A DNA stretch of 64,000 nucleotides. It comes from a phage. Within the stretch, counting starts at the first letter, position 1; every line of letters begins with the position of its first letter. The stretch lies in the NCBI GenBank assembly GCA_020857175.1, contig GCA_020857175.1_3048.1; one strand, given 5' to 3'. The notes under the pieces were generated by a model, which saw nothing but the letters and a program-made list of their open reading frames with translations, ran no database searches and was not told the origin of the DNA. A program made the position numbers and the translations under genes. Shown here one piece after another: positions 1-13,360 of the stretch.

Positions 1-937
<937 letters not shown>

Positions 938-941
<4 letters not shown>

Positions 942-1168
942 TTATTTTTCTCAACCAATGATTGAATATAATCATGCAGGTCTTTAGATGCTTTACCCCA
1001 CTTATTTTGATATTCATTTTTAAGATTAGCACGTGATTGAGCTAATAAAACATCATTAGTTGGAGGTAAAGATTCTAATCGCTGAATCTGGCGTCCATAA
1101 ATCATTGCAGCCATCTCGGATTCATAAATCAATCCTTTGAGATGTTCAAATTGATGCCATGAAATCAT
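938..1168 (-). CDS. hypothetical protein, 76 aa
   Basis: ATG start; stop overlaps next start; compact early-gene array. Confidence 0.5.
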
Positions 1169-1464
1169 TTACATTTATCCTCTTTTAACTCTTGACGATA
1201 ATAACATATCATAGTTTTCTGATCATGTACATATCGTTTTACATCATTAAGCCAAATACGAAATTCCTGGGAATCTTCGAATGGCATACCGACCCAAGCT
1301 TTACCATCAATAACTTTAACTTGCCAAGATAATTTAGCTTCGTCATATGACTTTATTTGTACAGGCCAATTAGGATGAACTGTTTCTTTCTTTACTTCTA
1401 GAGGCTTTGTCGAACAACCAACTAGAAGACCAATAGATAATATTACTGCTGATAGTTTAATCAT
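1165..1464 (-). CDS. putative lipoprotein, 99 aa
   Basis: N-terminal signal peptide with lipobox-like LLVGCS; ATG start overlapping upstream stop. Confidence 0.55.
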   Translation of the reverse strand: MIKLSAVILSIGLLVGCSTKPLEVKKETVHPNWPVQIKSYDEAKLSWQVKVIDGKAWVGMPFEDSQEFRIWLNDVKRYVHDQKTMICYYRQELKEDKCK

Positions 1465-1814
1465 TTAGAAAGGTCCTGGATGTCTTCTGCGAACTTGTTG
1501 AAGGAGTTGTTGATTTGTTTTTCAACCAATCCTGGCTTATGAGCCACCACATCCGCCTTCTTTGCATCTTTGCGCAGTTTTTCATTTTCACGCTCAATAG
1601 CAGCAATTGCCTCACGATTTTTATTATTCATCGCATCAATATAATTATACTGAATTCGCAAATTATTTAATGCTAAGGCGTTTTCATTGGCCGTTTTTGT
1701 AATTTCAGTAACTGATGTTTCTAATCTTTCTACCTTATTTTTTAAAATAATAGATGTTCCGCCAAATGCTATTACAAGTAATAGCAATCCAGCTGTAAAA
1801 TTACTTACATGCAT
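1461..1814 (-). CDS. hypothetical membrane-anchored coiled-coil protein, 117 aa
   Basis: N-terminal hydrophobic helix then charged, coiled-coil-like sequence; ATG start. Confidence 0.5.
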   Translation of the reverse strand: MHVSNFTAGLLLLVIAFGGTSIILKNKVERLETSVTEITKTANENALALNNLRIQYNYIDAMNNKNREAIAAIERENEKLRKDAKKADVVAHKPGLVEKQINNSFNKFAEDIQDLSK

Positions 1815-2311
1815 AAAGTTTTAATAACCTCTATAATATCGTCTTGAGAAAGACCGTTAATTAAAATATGATGTTCAGCCGGAGATTTAGAAATTTTAAA
1901 GCACGCCGCAACATCTTCTGCCATATCCGATGCGCTACGATTTGGATTACTAATTCCAAGACGATGCTTTCCTGTCAAAGGATTAACGATGATATAGCAT
2001 TTGCAGCTATTGATATGAACATTAGGTTGAGTCTGATTAATAAACACTTCACAATCATACTTAGCGAGTTGATTTTCTAAAAAGACTTTCATCTCCTCAA
2101 CCGCATCAGGAAGCATATCACGGGCTTGCTCAAGACGACGATTTCGATATTCTTTAATGGTTGTTTTCCGCTTTACTTGCTTAGCTAAATCTTTCTTAAG
2201 ATCGGTGATATATCCAACTCGACGATTTCCTTTGAATACAGAAATCCCATCTGTAGTATCACCGTATGCTTCAACGACCATTTCAGTAGTAATGAGCTGC
2301 AAATCCATCAT
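1805..2311 (-). CDS. alc: Alc-like protein (host transcription unfolding/termination on C-containing DNA), 168 aa
   Basis: Position between pseT-region ORFs and rnlA as in T4; length about the same as T4 Alc (167 aa, from memory). Confidence 0.6.
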   Translation of the reverse strand: MMDLQLITTEMVVEAYGDTTDGISVFKGNRRVGYITDLKKDLAKQVKRKTTIKEYRNRRLEQARDMLPDAVEEMKVFLENQLAKYDCEVFINQTQPNVHINSCKCYIIVNPLTGKHRLGISNPNRSASDMAEDVAACFKISKSPAEHHILINGLSQDDIIEVIKTLCM

Positions 2312-2372
2312 AAAGTCCTCATGTTATGTCAGTAAGACTACTGTAACACAACACGAGGGACTTGTAAACAAC

Positions 2373-3960
<1,588 letters not shown>

Positions 3961-3987
3961 AATAAAATGGGCCTTGCGACCCACTCC

Positions 3988-5166
3988 TTAAAAGTATTTT
4001 TTAAAACTCATCATAACTTTATCATCAACATCATTATCAATCTGTGCAACAAGATAAGATGACAGTTCTACTTCTTGTGGCGCTGATTGAACATTATCAG
4101 AATTAAGATATTCACGAATCCAAGGATATGGATGTTTAACCGGAGCATCGGTAATTGGGCATGGAAGACCACACTGTTTCATACGAGATACAGTTAAGTA
4201 ATCAATAAAGCTCCACATGCTATTTGTATTTAATCCAGGAACATCGCCATCTTTAAATAAATGAACTGCCCAATCTTTTTCTTGGCGGTTAACTTCCATG
4301 AAAATATCAACTGCTTCTTGCTCGCACTCTTGAGCAATTTTAACCCATTGATCGCCATCAGTACCAGATTGAAGTTGACGAATAATATATTGTGTACCTT
4401 TAAGATGAAGCTGCTCATCACGTGCAATGAACTTCATAATCTTGGCATTACCTTCCATGATTTCCATGTTTTTATGGAAGTTAAAGGTACACGCAAAGGA
4501 TACATAAAAACGAATAGCTTCTAATGCATTAATAACGTGCAAACAGAGGTAAAGAGATTTCATTAGCTCACGCTTCCAATATGTCTCATGCTCAATAGCA
4601 TCTTCAATAACGTCTTCGTCTGCATTAATTTCTTTTTGGTATTCGATATCAGCTTTAGCGTTTTCCCAATAACGAGTTTTAATCAGAACATCATCATAAT
4701 AACGTCCAATGGATTCAGCACGTTTCATAATAGCTTCATCTAATACAATTTCATCAAATACCTTCGATGGATCAGTATAAAGATTTCGCATGATATGAGT
4801 ATATGAACGACTGTGAATAGTTTCACTAAAAGTCCATGTAGCAACCCATGTATCAAGGCTTGGGTCTGAAATTAATGACATAAGTACAGCAGATGGCGCG
4901 CGACCCTGAATGCTATCTAAAAGTGATTGATACTTCAAGTTGTTAGTAAAAATATTTTGCTGATACTGAGGAAGCTTATTAAACTGTGCAGAATCCATCA
5001 TCAAGTTTACTTCTTCAGGACGCCAGAAAAATGATAATTGCTTTTCGGTTAAATCTTCAAAAACTTTATGACGTTGAATATCATAACGCGCAATACCAAG
5101 ACCTGAACCAAAAAACATAGGTTCTTTTAAAACATCAACTGGATTTGTATTAAAAACTGTGCTCAT
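3988..5166 (-). CDS. nrdB: ribonucleotide reductase small subunit, 392 aa, uninterrupted (no intron)
   Basis: MSTVFNTNPVDVL..., di-iron ligand regions present; continuous ORF, so the T4 nrdB intron/I-TevIII is absent here. Confidence 0.95.
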   Translation of the reverse strand: MSTVFNTNPVDVLKEPMFFGSGLGIARYDIQRHKVFEDLTEKQLSFFWRPEEVNLMMDSAQFNKLPQYQQNIFTNNLKYQSLLDSIQGRAPSAVLMSLISDPSLDTWVATWTFSETIHSRSYTHIMRNLYTDPSKVFDEIVLDEAIMKRAESIGRYYDDVLIKTRYWENAKADIEYQKEINADEDVIEDAIEHETYWKRELMKSLYLCLHVINALEAIRFYVSFACTFNFHKNMEIMEGNAKIMKFIARDEQLHLKGTQYIIRQLQSGTDGDQWVKIAQECEQEAVDIFMEVNRQEKDWAVHLFKDGDVPGLNTNSMWSFIDYLTVSRMKQCGLPCPITDAPVKHPYPWIREYLNSDNVQSAPQEVELSSYLVAQIDNDVDDKVMMSFKKYF

Positions 5167-5217
5167 AAATTTTCCGCTTAGTTAATAGTTGGTGACTCGT
5201 CCGTGAGTCAAATTATA

Positions 5218-7482
5218 TCATAATTTACAGGATGAACAATCTTCAGCTTTTGGAGTTTCTATTTCATAATCATCAGTACCAGAACCGTCACGGGTATTAT
5301 GATAATAGAAATTTTTTCCGCCAAAATACCAGAAATACAAAAGGTCATCAATCATTATTGACATTGGAACCTTGCCTTTAGGGAAGATTTGGGGGTCATA
5401 GTATGTATTCGCCGAAGCTGATTGACAAACCCATTTCAGCATAATAGCTACCTGCGTAAGATAAGGTTTATTACCTTTCTTAGCTAATTTCCATGTATAG
5501 TCGTAAAGGTCTATGTTATGCTCAATATTGGGCACGACTTGATTAAAGGAGCCCTCTTTTGATTCTTTAACAGAGACTGGTCCACGTGGAGGCTCGATAC
5601 CGTTTGTACTGTTAGATACCTGACTGGACGATTCGCAAGGCATCAACGCGGATAAAGTAGAATTTCTAATTCCATGCTGTTTGAGTTCAGATCGAAGTTC
5701 GTCCCAATCACAAACGTATTTTGGAGCTGCGATTTGGTCAATCTTTTTATTGTACCAGTCGATAGGTAATTCGCCTCGAGACCAACGAGTGTCTGAATAA
5801 TATTCACAAGGTCCTTTTTCTTTGGCGAGCTTAATGGATGCTTTAATGAGTCCATACTGTAATCTCTCAAATAGTTCATGTGTTAAATCGTTAGCATCTT
5901 CATAAGAAGCAAAGTTACTTGCCAGCCAAGCTGCATAGTTAGTAACACCTACACCGAGGTTACGACGCTTTTTAGCTTTTTCTGCTTCAGGAACTGGATA
6001 TCCTTGGTAATCCAAAAGATTATCAAGAGCACGAACTTGAACTTCTGCCAATTCATTAATTTTATCTTGGTCTTGCCAGTCAAAATTATCTAGTACGAAT
6101 GCAGAGAGAGTACACAATCCAATTTCAGCATCAGGACTATTCACATCATTTGTTGGAATAGCAATTTCACAACACAAGTTACTCTGACGAATAGGCGCCT
6201 TTTCACGAATAAACGGAGTATAGTTATTCGTATTATCAATGAACTGCACATAAATCCTTGCGGTTCCTGAACGTTCAGTCATGAGCAATTCAAATAGTTC
6301 ACGGGCTTTAATACGCTTTTTACGAATATTAGGGTCTTTTTCTGCTGCTTCGTATAATTCACGGAAACGGTTTTGGTCTTTAAAATAAGAATAATAAAGT
6401 TCGCCACCCATTTCATGCGGACTGAACAAAGTAATGTAATCATTCTTTCCGAATCGTTCCATCATTAGGTCATTCAGTTGAACGCCATAATCCATATGAC
6501 GGATACGGTTTTCTTCTACGCCTTTGTTATTTTTCAAAACGAGAAGATTTTCAACTTCCAAATGCCAAATAGGATAATAAGCAGTAGCAGCGCCGCCACG
6601 AATTCCACCCTGTGAGCATGATTTAACTGCAGTCTGAAAATGTTTCCAAAAAGGAATAACACCAGTATGGCGTACTTCACCCATGCCAATCTTAGAACCT
6701 TCAGCACGAATCATACCAACGTTAATACCAATTCCAGCGCGTTTAGAGATATATTCAACAATTGAAGCGGAAGCCTTGTTGATAGACTTTAATGAATCAC
6801 CTGCCTCAATAACAACACATGAACTAAACTGTCGAGTCGGAGTACGACAACCAGCCATAATAGGAGTTGGTAATGAAATCTGTCGAGTAGATACTGCTTC
6901 ATAAAAACGAATAACGTGTTTTAATCTATCAACAGGTTCATCTTGATGCAAGGCCATTCCAATAGTCATAAATGCAAACTGTGGAGTTTCATAAATTTGA
7001 CCAGTGGTTTTATCTTTAACTAGATATTTTTCTTTTAATTGCATCGCCCCGGAATAAGTAAATTCCATATCCCGTTCGTGCTTAATTTTTGATTCTAAAA
7101 ATGTAATTTCTTCTGCTGAATATTTTGACAACAGTTCAGGGTCGTATTTACCTTCATTTACACAGTAAGAAATATGGTCAATAAATGAACGCGGTTCATA
7201 CTGCCCATAAACATGCTTACGAAGAGCGAACATTAGACAACGTGCAGCTACATATTGATAATCAGGCTCTTCAACCGAAATAGAATTCGCAGCGGCCTTA
7301 ATGACAATAGTCTGAATATCATCAGTTGTCATTCCATCACGGAGATAAGATTTAATATTTTCATATAATTCATAAGGATCTACTGATGTTCCCTCAGCTG
7401 CCCAAGATAAAACTTTAATAATTTTTTGTGGGTCAAAGCTCTGAGAAACACCACTACTTTTGATAACATTAATTAATTGCAT
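5218..7482 (-). CDS. nrdA: ribonucleotide reductase large subunit, 754 aa
   Basis: 754-aa ORF with class Ia RNR motifs and C-terminal CxxC tail; same length as T4 NrdA; 51-nt gap to nrdB (no mobE). Confidence 0.95.
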   Translation of the reverse strand: MQLINVIKSSGVSQSFDPQKIIKVLSWAAEGTSVDPYELYENIKSYLRDGMTTDDIQTIVIKAAANSISVEEPDYQYVAARCLMFALRKHVYGQYEPRSFIDHISYCVNEGKYDPELLSKYSAEEITFLESKIKHERDMEFTYSGAMQLKEKYLVKDKTTGQIYETPQFAFMTIGMALHQDEPVDRLKHVIRFYEAVSTRQISLPTPIMAGCRTPTRQFSSCVVIEAGDSLKSINKASASIVEYISKRAGIGINVGMIRAEGSKIGMGEVRHTGVIPFWKHFQTAVKSCSQGGIRGGAATAYYPIWHLEVENLLVLKNNKGVEENRIRHMDYGVQLNDLMMERFGKNDYITLFSPHEMGGELYYSYFKDQNRFRELYEAAEKDPNIRKKRIKARELFELLMTERSGTARIYVQFIDNTNNYTPFIREKAPIRQSNLCCEIAIPTNDVNSPDAEIGLCTLSAFVLDNFDWQDQDKINELAEVQVRALDNLLDYQGYPVPEAEKAKKRRNLGVGVTNYAAWLASNFASYEDANDLTHELFERLQYGLIKASIKLAKEKGPCEYYSDTRWSRGELPIDWYNKKIDQIAAPKYVCDWDELRSELKQHGIRNSTLSALMPCESSSQVSNSTNGIEPPRGPVSVKESKEGSFNQVVPNIEHNIDLYDYTWKLAKKGNKPYLTQVAIMLKWVCQSASANTYYDPQIFPKGKVPMSIMIDDLLYFWYFGGKNFYYHNTRDGSGTDDYEIETPKAEDCSSCKL

Positions 7483-7799
7483 AAGTCCTCAACTTGAAAA
7501 TCGTCTTTAAACAATCGGTTAACTATATGAGCTATTATATCACCATGACACGGCTTTGGTTTACATGTGCATCCTAGCCTCATTCCACGTAAAGGCTCTA
7601 AATGTGCTTTAGTTATTTCTCCGGATTTAATTCGACGTATAAAATCTTTTTTGAATAATTCAATGGCAGCCTCCCGGCTGCCAGCATCTTTACCGACGTA
7701 ATTTCCCCAAAATGTACCACGGTGAATATTAACATCAAAGTCGGATTTGTATTTATTCACTACCCGACATAGACGGCCCGCGCGGTGATAATTCGGCAT
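7473..7799 (-). CDS. hypothetical Cys-containing protein, 108 aa (nrdA-upstream ORF)
   Basis: ATG start; [11 protein letters not shown] motif; stop overlaps nrdA start. Confidence 0.5.
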   Translation of the reverse strand: MPNYHRAGRLCRVVNKYKSDFDVNIHRGTFWGNYVGKDAGSREAAIELFKKDFIRRIKSGEITKAHLEPLRGMRLGCTCKPKPCHGDIIAHIVNRLFKDDFQVEDLCN

Positions 7800-8016
7800 A
7801 TTGTTTTTCCGTTAAAACAGTAATATCGTAGTAACAGTCAGAAGAAGTTTTAACTGTGGAAATTTTATTATCAAAATACTCACGAGTCATTTTATGAGTA
7901 TAATATTTTTTGCCATAAATGATAATAGGCTGATTTGGTCCTGGAACTTCTAACTCACTTGGGTTAGGAAGTGTAAAAAGAACTACACCAGAAGTATCTT
8001 TAAATCGTAAAATCAT
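7753..8016 (-). CDS. hypothetical protein, 87 aa
   Basis: ATG start; 47-nt overlap with downstream ORF. Confidence 0.45.
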   Translation of the reverse strand: MILRFKDTSGVVLFTLPNPSELEVPGPNQPIIIYGKKYYTHKMTREYFDNKISTVKTSSDCYYDITVLTEKQYAELSPRGPSMSGSE

Positions 8017-8039
8017 AAATCCTCACAATTAAATTAAAA

Positions 8040-8351
8040 TTACACCGCCATTTTTCCTTTCAAGACGCCGTGGGACTGATAATCTTTGAGAACGAAATCT
8101 TTAGGCCTGAGTTTAAGAATGTATTCCAATTGTTCTTTAGTAGAAAGATAGCGGAATTTATAAGGCAATCCGCCTATTACCAGTTCACAAAGCTCTTTAG
8201 GTTCACGACGCAAAATTTCTTTACATTGTTCTACGTGATTCATATAGATATGAGTATTACCACCGGAAAATATCAAATCTCCCGGAATAAGATTACACAT
8301 CTTAGCTACAATATGAACTAACGTAGCATATGATGCAATATTAAATGGAAG
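8040..8351 (-). CDS. td: thymidylate synthase, exon 2 (103 codons)
   Basis: Begins LPFNIASYATLVH directly after intron 3' end ...CATAATG; with exon 1 gives 286 aa. Confidence 0.9.
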   Translation of the reverse strand, partial: LPFNIASYATLVHIVAKMCNLIPGDLIFSGGNTHIYMNHVEQCKEILRREPKELCELVIGGLPYKFRYLSTKEQLEYILKLRPKDFVLKDYQSHGVLKGKMAV

Positions 8352-9367
8352 CATTATGTTCAGATAAGGTCGTTAATCTTACCCCGGAATTATATCCAGC
8401 TGCATGTCACCATGCAGATCAGACTATATCTCCAACTTGTTAAAGCAAGTTGTCTATCGTTTCGAGTCACTTGACCCTACTCCCCAAAGGGATAGTCGTT
8501 AGGCATTTATGTAGAACCAATTCCATTTATCAGATTTTACACGATAAGTAACTAATCCAGACGAAATTTTAAAATGTCTAGCTGCATCTGCTGCACAATC
8601 AAAAATAACCCCATCACATGAAATCTTTTTAATATTACTAGGCTTTTTACCTTTCATCTTTTCTGATATTTTAGATTTAGTTATGTCTGAATGCTTATGA
8701 TTAAAGAATGAATTATTTTCACCTGAACGATTTCTGCATTTACTACAAGTATAAGCAGAAGTTTGTATGCGAACACCGCACTTACAAAACTTATGGGTTT
8801 CTGGATTCCAACGCCCGTTTTTACTTCCGGGTTTACTGTAAAGAGCTTTCCGACCATCAGGTCCAAGTTTAAGCATCTTAGCTTTAACAGTTTCAGAACG
8901 TTTCTTAATAATTTCTTCTTTTAATGGATGCGTAGAACATGTATCACCAAACGTTGCATCAGCAATATTGTATCCATTAATTTTAGAATTAAGCTCTTTA
9001 ATCCAAAAATTTTCTCGTTCAATAATCAAATCTTTCTCATATGGAATTTCTTCCAAAATAGAACATTCAAACACATTACCATGTTTGTTAAAAGACCTCT
9101 GAAGCTTTATAGAAGAATGGCATCCTTTTTCTAAATCTTTAAAATGCCTCTTCCATCTCTTTTCAAAATCTTTAGCACTTCCTACATATACTTTATTGTT
9201 TAAAGTATTTTTAATCTGATAAATTCCGCTTTTCATAAATACCTCTTTAAATATAGAAGTATTTATTAAAGGGCAGTCCTACAATTTAGCACGGGATTGT
9301 CTACTAGAGAGGTTCCCCGTTTAGATAGATTACAAGTATAAGTCACCTTATACTCAGGCCTCAATTA
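8352..9367 (-). ncRNA. group I self-splicing intron in td (1016 nt) carrying the I-TevI ORF
   Basis: Minus strand: exon ...TTGGGT | TAATTGAGGCCTGAGTATAAGGTGACTTATAC... intron ... CATAATG | CTTCC exon; matches the T4 td intron boundaries and length from memory. Confidence 0.9.
8499..9236 (-). mobile_element. I-TevI: intron-encoded GIY-YIG homing endonuclease I-TevI, 245 aa
   Basis: MKSGIYQIKNTLNNKVYVGSAKDFEKRWKRH... with zinc-finger linker and C-terminal DNA-binding region; matches I-TevI. Confidence 0.9.
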
Positions 9368-9916
9368 ACCCAAGAAAACATCTACTGATCGTTGATACCA
9401 CTGCAAATCCAAATAGCCATTACGCACATTAAACTGATAGAACATATGACAAGGAGGTAATGCCATTTGCTTAAGTTCTGCCGGATTCCATGCTGAAACA
9501 ATTTGACGCCTATCATTTGGCAGTTTTTTAATACGATCAATAACTTCTATAATTTGGTCTACACCGCCAAAATCACGCCACTGTTTTCCATAAATTGGAC
9601 CAAGTTCACCGCTATGGTATCCTAAATCTTTTGCTTGATTTTCGTAATTTTCATCCCAGACTGTTTTGCCTTGAATTAATGAATTATGTTGAATTAATCG
9701 CAAATCATTTACGTTAGTACTTCCTGATAAGAACCACAATAACTCAGAAATACATGCATTCCAGGCGAGCTTCTTAGTTGTTACTGCAGGAAAACCTTTA
9801 GTTAAATCCCAGCGTAATTTAGTACCGAACAAAGCAATTGTTCCTGTGCCCGTTCGGTCATCAGTTTCATAGCCATTTTCAAAAATGTCTTTAATTAAAT
9901 CTTGGTATTGTTTCAT
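9368..9916 (-). CDS. td: thymidylate synthase, exon 1 (183 codons)
   Basis: MKQYQDLIKDIFENGYETDDRTGTGT...; contains active-site PCH region; ends at 5' splice site GGGT. Confidence 0.9.
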
Positions 9917-9961
9917 TTAGTACCTTATATAAATTATAATACATTTTATGAAGCTAAATAA

Positions 9962-10309
9962 TCAATACGGTTTAGCATCAAATTTTCTCTCAATTTCAGG
10001 CGTGAAATATAATTCTTTACCGCGTTTGGAAAAGCGACCAATAATATGATAATTATTCTCATCAAACGTGATATTACCAATATCCATAGCTTTCAACCAA
10101 ATATCGATATTTCTATCCAGCTTTATGTCAAAATTCCAATACGGAGAACTATTACCGAAAATACTGCAAGCGGATTCAGTGAAACAACTGCTATAAATCT
10201 TGTCTTTAGGAACTACTAATTGATAGACACCTTTAATAAACTGAGGACCCTGCCACTTTGGCTGTTTCGCGTCTTCTTCTAATAGAATAGGGTAATAATT
10301 AAAATTCAT
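9962..10309 (-). CDS. hypothetical protein between td and frd, ~115 aa
   Basis: Track ORF starts with GTG at 10321; first ATG at 10309 (MNFNYYPILLEEDAK...); no recognisable motif. Confidence 0.45.
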   Translation of the reverse strand: MNFNYYPILLEEDAKQPKWQGPQFIKGVYQLVVPKDKIYSSCFTESACSIFGNSSPYWNFDIKLDRNIDIWLKAMDIGNITFDENNYHIIGRFSKRGKELYFTPEIERKFDAKPY

Positions 10310-10329
10310 ATTTTCCGCCACGTGTTATT

Positions 10330-11156
<827 letters not shown>

Positions 11157-11167
11157 ATTATTTTCCC

Positions 11168-11410
11168 CTAAACAGACTTTTTCACAATTTTCCAATCAGC
11201 TTTAAACTGATCGACGTCAGAGTGATAAATCCAAAATCCTGCGCTTTCACCGTCTTCATAAAGCGGACACCCATCACATTCATCTTCCCATCCCATGCCA
11301 CGTAAAAGGTGTTCAGCTTTTTCAACAAGTTCAGAATCTTTACCGATGATATTAAAATACCATTTACCTCTAACTTCTGAATCTTTGATGCTCTGGCGTT
11401 GTAATCTCAT
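11168..11410 (-). CDS. hypothetical protein, 80 aa
   Basis: ATG start; contains CDGC motif; early-gene array. Confidence 0.5.
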   Translation of the reverse strand: MRLQRQSIKDSEVRGKWYFNIIGKDSELVEKAEHLLRGMGWEDECDGCPLYEDGESAGFWIYHSDVDQFKADWKIVKKSV

Positions 11411-11519
11411 TTTATTCTCCTTAGCAAGCTTTAATCAAAAGATATAAACAAACCAACATAACTGCTGCCATAATATAAGGTGCTAACATTTTCTTTTCTC
11501 CATTAGTTTTGATAGGGTA

Positions 11520-11549
11520 ATAGTATCACACTACTACCCTGCTGTAAAC
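11520..11549 (-). promoter_or_regulatory. T4-type early promoter (GTTTAC -35, 18-nt spacer, TACTAT -10)
   Basis: Minus strand GTTTAC at 11549..11544 and TACTAT at 11525..11520. Confidence 0.45.
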
Positions 11550-11950
11550 TACTTTTTGAAAGTTTTTCGCAAAAGTTCAATGATTTCATCTACATTGTTT
11601 TCGTCAACAATGCAGTGAATTTTTGTTACGCCAGAAACCTTGTCTTTGACTTCATCTTCTTCAGAAGTCGGTTCTTTATACTCGCGGAAACAATAAAACT
11701 CTTCTTCACTAAGTTCAAAATAATCATCACCCATACCATCATCATTATAGATTTCGCCATTAGCACAAATGATTTCAGTTACATAATCAAAGCCATCTAA
11801 ACTTGATATTGATTTAACTTCAAACCAACCACCATTTTCTTGAATGATGCCAACCATATTAGCATTTGATGAACTAATATCAATGAAAGATTTAATACGG
11901 TGTGGATTTAACTCGTATTTTTTGCCGATTTCCATTTTGATTTTCCTCAT
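11549..11950 (-). CDS. hypothetical acidic protein, 133 aa
   Basis: ATG start; acidic C-terminal half. Confidence 0.5.
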   Translation of the reverse strand: MRKIKMEIGKKYELNPHRIKSFIDISSSNANMVGIIQENGGWFEVKSISSLDGFDYVTEIICANGEIYNDDGMGDDYFELSEEEFYCFREYKEPTSEEDEVKDKVSGVTKIHCIVDENNVDEIIELLRKTFKK

Positions 11951-11980
11951 TTTAATAGGGGCTTAATAGCCCCTTGATAA

Positions 11981-12208
11981 TTATTGTTCAATCAGTCCCA
12001 TGTAAAATTCTGCGTCTTCAGAATCCATGCCATCACAATATTCATTAGCCATAAAGCGGGTGAGGTCTTCAAGAGGACCTTCAATAACGATTTGAATACT
12101 CCAAAACTTAGAATCTTGTACGCTTGTGATACTAAGTTCAGGATAACGATTACGAATAATTTCTTCAATATATTCAAAATCAACGATGTCAATATCAACT
12201 TTAGCCAT
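11981..12208 (-). CDS. hypothetical protein, ~75 aa
   Basis: ATG at 12208 (MAKVDIDIV...) preceded by AAAGAGGAAA SD and lying downstream of the 12252..12281 promoter; longer track ORF starts upstream of that promoter. Confidence 0.5.
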   Translation of the reverse strand: MAKVDIDIVDFEYIEEIIRNRYPELSITSVQDSKFWSIQIVIEGPLEDLTRFMANEYCDGMDSEDAEFYMGLIEQ

Positions 12209-12251
12209 ATTGTTTTCCTCTTTAATCATCAGCAGTATTGCCGATAGTTGT

Positions 12252-12281
12252 ATAGTACCATGGAAGAACAAGGATGTAAAC
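12252..12281 (-). promoter_or_regulatory. T4-type early promoter
   Basis: Minus strand GTTTAC (12281..12276), 18-nt spacer, TGGTACTAT extended -10 (12257..12252). Confidence 0.5.
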
Positions 12282-12300
12282 AGTTTTGTGAAAAATTTTT

Positions 12301-12330
12301 AAAATAAAAAAGGGGACCTCTAGGGTCCCC
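12301..12330 (-). terminator. rho-independent terminator downstream of gene 32
   Basis: GGGGACC-TCTAG-GGTCCCC hairpin (12312..12330) followed on minus strand by U-run (A-run 12301..12311 on plus). Confidence 0.6.
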
Positions 12331-12352
12331 AATTAATTAGTAATATAATCTA

Positions 12353-13261
12353 TTAAAGGTCATTCAAAAGGTCATCCAGGTCCGTGCCATCAGCACTAGA
12401 TGAACTGCCAGAGCTTGAGCTCATAAAATCATCTTCAGTTTTTGTATTGAAGTCATCAACATTGAATGCATCCAAATCATCAGCAACTTTATCAGCTTTC
12501 TTAGCAGCAGTTGCAGCGGCACCGCCCATCACAGCAGTTCCCATAACTTGACCGAATTTAGTGCTCAGTTCTTCAAATGATTTGAATTTATCTTTAGAAG
12601 TCATTTCAGAAAGGTCAACCATTTGTTCGAACAGTTCTTTCTGGAAAGATTCATCATCAATGTTTGGAATCGCAGATTGATTCAGGAATTTAGATTCGTC
12701 GTAGTTACTAAAACCAGAAACTTGTTTAACTTTCAGTACAAAGTTGGCACCTTCCCACGGGCAAGTTACATCAACCGGAGTTTCACCCATTTCAACATCA
12801 ACTGCAATCATTGCATTGATTTTATCCCAGATTTTCTTACCGAAACGATATTTAAATACTTTACCTTCGTTTTCTGGAGCAGCTGGGTCTTTTACAACAA
12901 GAATGTTAGCCCAGTAAGAAGTTTTACGTTTAACAAGACTGTACTCTTTATTGTCAGTGTGGTACAGATCATTTTTACTGATGTATTGACATACTGGGCA
13001 AGAATCGTAATCACCGTGGGTAGATGAACATGTTTCAATATACCATTTACCATTTTTCTTGAAACCGTGATTTACAAGAATTGCAAATGGTGCTTGTTCA
13101 TCATTTTTAGACGGAAGAAAACGAATTACTGCTTGACCGTTACCCGCATTGTCGAGTTTCAGTTTCCACTCGCCTTTATCTTCAGAAGAAAAACCACCTT
13201 TATTTCCAGCCAGTTTAGCCATTTGTGCAGCGAGTTCAGCAGTAGATTTACGTTTAAACAT
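12353..13261 (-). CDS. 32: single-stranded DNA-binding protein gp32, 302 aa
   Basis: [24 protein letters not shown]..., zinc-site Cys/His region, acidic Ser-rich C-terminus; matches T4 gp32. Confidence 0.95.
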   Translation of the reverse strand: MFKRKSTAELAAQMAKLAGNKGGFSSEDKGEWKLKLDNAGNGQAVIRFLPSKNDEQAPFAILVNHGFKKNGKWYIETCSSTHGDYDSCPVCQYISKNDLYHTDNKEYSLVKRKTSYWANILVVKDPAAPENEGKVFKYRFGKKIWDKINAMIAVDVEMGETPVDVTCPWEGANFVLKVKQVSGFSNYDESKFLNQSAIPNIDDESFQKELFEQMVDLSEMTSKDKFKSFEELSTKFGQVMGTAVMGGAAATAAKKADKVADDLDAFNVDDFNTKTEDDFMSSSSGSSSSADGTDLDDLLNDL

Positions 13262-13300
13262 TTTTATTTCCTTTTTAATTTAATTAACAGTTGGTGCTAT
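13262..13300 (-). promoter_or_regulatory. gene 32 5' leader: A/U-rich unstructured region (likely gp32 autoregulatory translational operator)
   Basis: Minus-strand leader ...TTAATTAAATTAAAAAGGAAATAAAAATG; T4 gp32 autoregulation via such a site is established knowledge. Confidence 0.4.
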
Positions 13301-13344
13301 GACGATGTATGACCTCATAGCTGGTCAGTGAGATAATTATAATC

Positions 13345-13360
13345 TATTTATAATAAGCAA
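13345..13360 (-). promoter_or_regulatory. late-promoter TATAAATA plus MotA-box-like TTGCTTA upstream of gene 32
   Basis: Minus strand TATAAATA = 13352..13345; adjacent ATTGCTTA at 13360..13354. Confidence 0.4.

Noticed and set aside
3988-5218. nrdB group I intron (I-TevIII) and mobE between nrdA and nrdB
   Set aside because: nrdB is one uninterrupted 392-codon ORF and the nrdA-nrdB spacer is 51 nt; neither element is present.
5643-5879. Nested or antisense ORFs inside nrdA, nrdB, rIIA, 39, dda, 41, uvsX and 43
   Set aside because: All overlap strongly supported genes and lack independent start signals.
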